Positions 57,830-64,000 of a stretch of DNA of 64,000 bases are shown here, one piece after another. The DNA comes from Eledone cirrhosa. Its lineage: Eukaryota. The stretch lies in contig OZ024755.1 in the NCBI GenBank assembly GCA_964016885.1, positions 21,824,001-21,888,000 on the forward strand, read 5' to 3'. The translations under genes and the position numbers were made by a program. Every line of letters begins with the position of its first letter. Position 1 is the first letter of the stretch. A model generated the notes under the pieces. It searched no databases, was not told the DNA's origin, and saw only the letters and a list, made by a program, of their open reading frames with translations.

Positions 57830-58378
57830 TTTTACTGGTTTCAGTTAATAGACTGCAGTCTTGCTAATGCACTGACTTAAAGGGATTTAGTCAATCACAT
57901 CAACCCCCAATACTTATTTTATCAATCTCCCTTTCTTTGTTTTTTTTTTAATCATTATGACCACAGGTACACATGATTAGCTTCTGTAGTTTCCATATAC
58001 CAAATTCCACTCACAAGTCATTGGTCACCCCAAGACTTTATTAGAATACGGTCGTGTAGGTGTCACGACAAAAAAACACACAGTCCACGCTGTAATGTGG
58101 CCGTGTAGGTAACACAGTAAAAACCTCCCAGTCCACACTGTAAACGTGGTTGGTGTTAGGAAGGGCATCCAATCGTAGAAAACCCGCCACGCAGTCCTAT
58201 ACGAGCAGGACAACCAATCTTGCCTCAAGTGGGAAAACCCCCGTCCAAACCCATGCAAGCGTGGAAGATGGACGTTAAACGATGATGATGATGATGATGA
58301 CTTCCCAAGGTGCAACACAATGGATCTGAACACACAGCCATGTGTTTATAAAGCAAATTCCTTAACCACACAGCCATA
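57830..58378 (-). mobile_element. SINE family C (minus) with a nested plus-strand SINE 3' part at ~58050-58300
   Basis: Minus-strand tRNA-like head atggctgtgtggttaag at ~58360-58377. The body is interrupted by gttaggaagggcatcc…cccgtccaaacccatgcaagcgtggaagatggacgttaaac(gat)n. Confidence 0.78.
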
Positions 58379-59539
58379 TCTGTATCTATTTAACATTTTT
58401 CAATTGCCTCTGTTGTTTCTTAGTCATTTTGTAAAGCCTAAATCCTATTTGAGTATCTTATTCTGAACTTCTCTTGGTCTAGATTTAGAATAGTTTTAGA
58501 ATAAAGCTGATGTTAAAATGATTTTATATCTATAAAATGTTATGGATTAACATTTTTATTACTCTATCATTCAGAATATACAAGATAACTGTAAAACAAC
58601 AAGAACAGAAAAATATTTCAGCCATGAAACTGAATCTTCAAGGTTGTTTTATGTAAATTAGATCTGATCAGATTTCTAACAATTAGTTTAATTAAATAAC
58701 TTAGCATTTTATTTACTAGTATATGAAGCTGGTTGTTTAGAAATTAACAAAAGAGATTAATGTTTATTGAAATACCATGTTATCATTTATGTAATACTAA
58801 GGCCTCAAATTTAATTATAAGAAGAACTACATTGTTGTTTCAGACAAATTAGTAACATGGAATCAGCGTATCTCCAGCTAAGATATTAATTAATGTTTAA
58901 TATTGAAACAGAACATAGTATTTATTTTGTTTTGAGAGTAAGATATTGAGTTTTAGGTGTAGTTTAAAATGAATTCAAATACACTCGAGTTTTAATTCCC
59001 AAATCTCTGTTCTAAAGAAAAATAGATTTTTAGTATGAACAATTAAATCTGATAAATGGTGAAGAAATAATTAATTGGATTATATTTAATATTGAATTTT
59101 TTGTATTTTTGGCCAATCTGTGTTCATTTTAGTGTCTCACTCTCAGTAAAAAAGGAGTGTTTTGAGATTTTGTGCACATCTTAACAGTAATACCAAGAAG
59201 CCTTTCTTTCACATTAAAATTGCTAAATTTTCATAAAATATCTCAGAATATTTGAAGGCAAAATGGTTAAAAAGCAAGTATGTTAAAATTTGTGACTAAA
59301 TGTTATAATTGGGACATAAATTTGAAGATATATTTTTCTTATGACCCCTAAGGTGAATTTTGAAAGTAAAATTCTCTCTAAATATCAGATTTCTTATGCA
59401 AATAAGTTTATTGAAAGTTTTATGTTATATCTGAAGTGGTCACAATTGTGAGATTCTTATTCAGAATATGTCATAATATCTAGGAACTGTTGTTATTTCT
59501 TCTCTTCCTACTACCTGCTGTTAAGAAAGCTATTTTCTA

Positions 59540-59738
59540 TATGAGTGTCGGCTGAAAAATTCACAGGCTGAGCAAGATACTCTCGTGGAATGACCAAATG
59601 AGGGCTTATTTTTCAACATAGTCCCTAGAAAAAAAACCAGTTATTAATAAGAGTTTTGAAATTAATGTATGCAAGATTTCACAGTGCTACCATCACTCCT
59701 TCATAGTCAGTCTATGGATTTTTCAGCCAACCCTCGCA
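59540..59738. mobile_element. mariner-type MITE
   Basis: TIRs tatgagtgtcggctgaaaaattcacaggctga / tcagtctatggatttttcagccaaccctcgca. Confidence 0.78.
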
Positions 59739-59744
59739 TTTGAG

Positions 59745-60020
59745 AACCTATTGTCACATCGGCCGCAGTGCAGAGAAGAGGAAAATTGCCAAATACTTGC
59801 TTCCTTTTCATGCAGGTTGTAGTCAAGACTTCAGGTGTCTTAGGTCCCCAAACTGCCATTTTCCTTCACAAAATGGGAAAAATGACCACCTGCCTAGAGG
59901 TGGAGTGGCTGTTTCAGCAGGTGTTGCTGGCTGTTCTCCATCGCAATGCCATTGTCATTTTGTCTGCAGGATGCAACCGAGAGATACCATTCAGACTGTG
60001 GTGTAGAGTCTGTCACTTCC
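59745..60020 (+). mobile_element. Decayed 3' end of a CRE-like non-LTR element (restriction-like endonuclease C-terminus); short siblings at ~21105-21182 (-) and ~36665-36706 (-)
   Basis: AEKRKIAKY…VVVKTSGVLGPQTAIFLHKMGK…EWLFQQVLLAVLHRNAIVILSAG resembles the conserved CRE motifs AExxKxxKY, ETxGxxG and FQRxSxAvqRGNA. Confidence 0.65.
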
Positions 60021-60695
60021 TTCCCCACCTTCTTTTCCTTTCATTTAGTTTCTTCTTTCATTTTATTTCTTTTATTTTTCTTCTGTTCTTCAATTCCTTG
60101 AAAGTTTCTTACAACAATCTTTGTCGAATACTTCAGTCATACCAGGTGGCCTTCTAGTTGCTTCAAGTGGTTGTAGACGAAATCCTTTCGAATGAATGAC
60201 TTGCAAATATCTGGATATAAAGATATAAAGCTGTTATCATAAATAAAATGAAATTGATAATAATGTGTAATTTAAGACTTGATATTAGAGCCAGTCATAC
60301 AAATTAATTCCTTGCTTTACAGCTTAGATTTCAATGTTTGTGGTTATCATTGAAATCAAAGCTGTAAAGCAAGGAATTAATTTGTATGACTGGCTCTAAT
60401 ATCAAGTCTTAGATTACACATTATTATCAATTTCATTTTATTTATGATAACAGCTTTATATCTTTATATCCAGATATTTGCAAGTCATTCATTCGAAAGG
60501 ATTTCGTCTACAACCACTTGAAGCAACTAGAAGGCCACCTGGTATGACTGAAGTATTCGACAAAGATTGTTGTAAGAAACTTTCAAGGAATTGAAGAAAA
60601 GAAGGGGGGCCGGGGGAGAGGAAGTGACAGATTCTACACCACAGTCTGAATGGTATCTCTCAGTTGCATCCTGCAGACAAAATGACAAAGACATT
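59945..60695. repeat. Long fold-back inverted repeat (arms 59945-60336 and 60348-60695, 11-nt spacer)
   Basis: The inner 251 bp (60086-60336 vs 60348-60598) differ at 2 positions by eye. The outer ~70 bp also pair. A pyrimidine/purine tract between them has diverged in length. Confidence 0.95.
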
Positions 60696-62494
60696 ATTAA
60701 AAATTACTTAGGAGTTATTTCATTCCACTTATGTTATTAATCTGTTTGAGAAAAGAATGAATTTTACAATTTCCTATTTTCTCTTCAGTAAAAATTGCAT
60801 GTATCATGCTTATTATATAGGAAATCAGTAAATGTATGAATCAGTATTGACTAAACTAAATAGCAGATAATTTGCAATAATATTTGGTTTCTCTATTATT
60901 ATCAGAAAATTCCTGACTATTTCATCAGCTCTATAATTACTTTTAAAATGGCTGTTGTAATTTACTCCTTTTAATATCGTTTAAAGTCTTAAAAAAAATA
61001 AAAAGAAGAAATTTATAATTACTTTTGGCATTCTAGAATTCCTTTTTGAAGTACATTTCAGACACTGAATATAGATAGTTTAGCAATAAGACAATCACAT
61101 ATATCTAAATAAATCTAGCTTCGATTGATAAAAGTATCAATTTTCTGGCTACTTAATTAACAAAATTCTCTTTCATTACCATATTTCTAATAAAATCCAA
61201 TGCCAATGATCTCCAATTAATTTTGAAGATAATCAAGGATTTTGAGGGATTTAGTAAATTAAGTAAACTTTTTAATTTTTACACTGGTGTAAGAAACAAG
61301 ATTTTCTTACATGGAATTATGATGGAGCTTTGTAACATTGAATCAGGAGCAGTCTCAGGTAATTTGTATTTATTTGTTGCTGAGAAAGCTTTTTAAACTT
61401 CACATTATAACAGCAATGGATATTGGGAAAGCTATGTGCCAATATCCCCAAATCACTCAAACATGGAATGGTATTAAGAGACCTCAGATACCTTTAGATT
61501 CGAGAAACAAATTTTTTTCTTTTCCTTTCTTGATTTGGATTAATATTTTTTAAACACAGATAAATTTACTTTTGTACATTGCGTAACTGGTAAGTATTGC
61601 TTCTACATTAGTGGACAATGGGGGTGCTTGGACATTACAAACATTTATTTCATCGTGATTTAAATATCAAATACCCAGTATCAAACTTACCTAAAATTTC
61701 AACAGAATTTGCAACAAGGAAAAATAAATAGGCCACAATAAACCAATCTCTTTCATATTTTAAAGTGAAATTGACAAAATGCAGGGGATAAATTATTTTA
61801 GTTATGAAACTATACAAACAAATTGGAGTGTACAAGCAGGGTGTGTTCCTCCAACCTGTAGGATGCATGCATGGTCCTGTAATTTCTGATGGAGTCATAG
61901 ACATAAGATATTTCTAGGCCATTTGAAAACCTGGCAGAGCCCATTTCCTCCTCAGGTCTGAATACAGCAAATTTCTTCAAGAGAAAGATAAAGGAAGTTA
62001 GTAAGAAATATAGAGGAAAAATCGACTTCAGTACTTGACTGGTAGCAGTTTTTATTGATCTCCAATAGATGAACGGCAGGATTTGAAGTGAAGTAACAGA
62101 GATCTGAAACGAATCCCACAAAGCATTCTATCCGGCATTCTCATGACTCTGTCAATTTGCCACCTATAACATGTAGGATAGTAATAACAAATAAGAACTT
62201 GGACCATAATCATCAACCTATGCCAGAATTGAAAGCAGATATAAAATGATGCTGTAATCACTATTTTTTTAAGTGCATCTCAGAGTCTTAAAATGTTTAG
62301 GAATATAATTTTAAGCTTAATTATTTTGTTTCTAAAGTGCGTGTGTGTAAAATCAAGCCAAACTTCAAATGATTTTATTAAATATTCTTGATAGATGAAA
62401 ACAACTCATCACTAAGAAATAACTAAAATTATTTCATATTTTATTGTTTTCTGTTTTTTTTTTTGTTATCAGTAATTATCAGTTTAGGTGATGC

Positions 62495-62497
<3 letters not shown>

Positions 62498-62561
<64 letters not shown>
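62498..62561. repeat. (TA)n microsatellite
   Basis: Direct reading. Confidence 0.95.
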
Positions 62562-62564
<3 letters not shown>

Positions 62565-62849
62565 GGACCCCACCAGCACCACCACCACACCATTTATTCT
62601 AAACAATTGATTCATCATTTAGAATAAGGAAAGAATATGTTAGATTCCTTATTTCTCTCTGTTGCTCTGTATAAGGATTCCTTATACAGATGACAAATAA
62701 TGCTATGATGGAAGATTTTAATTCAAATGTAAACACTTCAAAATAAGGTTTTATATAATATATTATAAGGTTTGGATGGAAAGGCTTAGAATATATTATG
62801 TATATACATCTTAAATTCTCACTATATCTATATATAAATTATTCATAGG

Positions 62850-62866
62850 ATTCATCATGATCGTCG

Positions 62867-62898
<32 letters not shown>

Positions 62899-62972
62899 TT
62901 CTTCATCACCACAACCACAACCATCACCCCTGATACCATCTTCACCACCACTGACACCATTGCAATCACCAT
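62850..62972. repeat. (CAT)n/(CAC)n trinucleotide repeat
   Basis: Direct reading. Confidence 0.9.
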
Positions 62973-63274
62973 TTTTGCGTCTGCTTTTCCATGGCAGCAT
63001 TTTTTTGAGCCTGTTTTTCTACACCTTGATGACCTTGGCGCCAACTTTCACCTGTTTGTGTGTATGTATGGATGTGTGTGTACACACACTCATACACATG
63101 TATGTATTTATGTATGTTACAATATTGAGCACTCATTCTCATGATTATTTAATACAAAATGTATATATATGTGTATGTATGTACACACACACACACATAT
63201 ATATATATACATATACACGCGCGCACATAGAGGTTTGTCATCTTACTGAAGTATATAGTATATGTTCTCATTAT

Positions 63275-63447
63275 ATAATCGACTTTCCCCTTCCCCGAAA
63301 CAAATTGTTGGTTTTGTGCTTAAATTAGAAACCATTATTTTCCATGCTGAATCATCTTTACGGGGTCGATAAAATAAAGTACCAGTAATGCACTGGGTAA
63401 TTGCTGGCCTTGTGCCTAACGTAGAAACAATTATTTTCCATGCTGAA
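63275..63447 (+). mobile_element. Two tandem 5'-truncated SINE A copies; the second has an 18-bp TSD
   Basis: attattttccatgctgaa at 63334-63351 and 63430-63447. Confidence 0.85.
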
Positions 63448-64000
63448 AAATAAATGTTATGAAATTTGTTTTTATGAGTTGGAAAACCAATATTTTGGTA
63501 TTTCAAAATGTTCAGAATTTTAATTCTTTAATCTTTTATTTTATTTTATATAATTTATAATTGTTGTTGTTTTTGACAATGTTAGATATCTTCAAAAAGG
63601 ATAACTGCACTAAAAATATTTACATTGTTGTATTTTATCCTCTACACTTTACTGGATGTAAAATGACTGAGTGGATAATATATTGGACTGTTTGATAGAC
63701 CATGGGTTTCAAATTGACTACGTTCATTTCATTAGGTCTATAAGTGGAGGTTGGGGTGTGGGGGCTATTATATAGTTAATATTCTTGTTGGAAATAGGTA
63801 CAAGTATCATGTGATAATTCTACCTGTAATAGACCATCAATATTTCTATCCAGGTTGTCAAGGGCCTGACAACCTCTCTAGTGCTGGTGCTATGATAAAA
63901 TACATCCATTAAACCCTGTAAAGTGGTAGTGTTAGTGTAATGAAAAATTGCATCCAGTACATTCTGTTAAGTGATAGTGTTTAGGCCATGATAAAACACC

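Noticed and set aside
58575-58642. Candidate next NIPBL exon (cag|AATATAC…CAAG|gttg)
   Set aside because: The frame is open but not homologous, and the donor is weak.

Overview
AT-rich animal (eukaryotic) genomic DNA. The repeat content suggests a coleoid cephalopod such as an octopus; this is inference, not a database result. The only host gene I can support is the 5' end of NIPBL/Nipped-B/Scc2 (cohesin loader) on the + strand. Its first coding exon is 28849-28948 (ATG 28885) and the next exon is 42364-42532; both have vertebrate-like splice positions. No further exon was recognisable, so 42533-64000 is probably intron. The first 13 kb is mostly very long compound (TA)n/(TATG)n microsatellite. 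It contains a young, 5'-truncated RTE-clade LINE (10341-12788) with an uninterrupted RT ORF and a PHD finger inside the RT. A decayed copy of the same family lies antisense at 44098-46916. The rest holds decayed LINEs (RTE, Vingi-like, CR1-group, CRE-like), several tRNA-derived SINE families, Tc1/mariner and piggyBac MITEs, minisatellites and several near-perfect fold-back inverted duplications. Nearly all long ORFs in the supplied track (I/Y/M/C/V/H/T-rich) are microsatellite artefacts. The most interesting observations are the fold-back hairpins, a SINE carrying the exact 3' tail of the local RTE, the PHD inside the RT, the inverted RTE pair bracketing the two NIPBL exons, and two minimal uORFs just before the NIPBL start codon. 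I found no clear-cut new multi-gene system.
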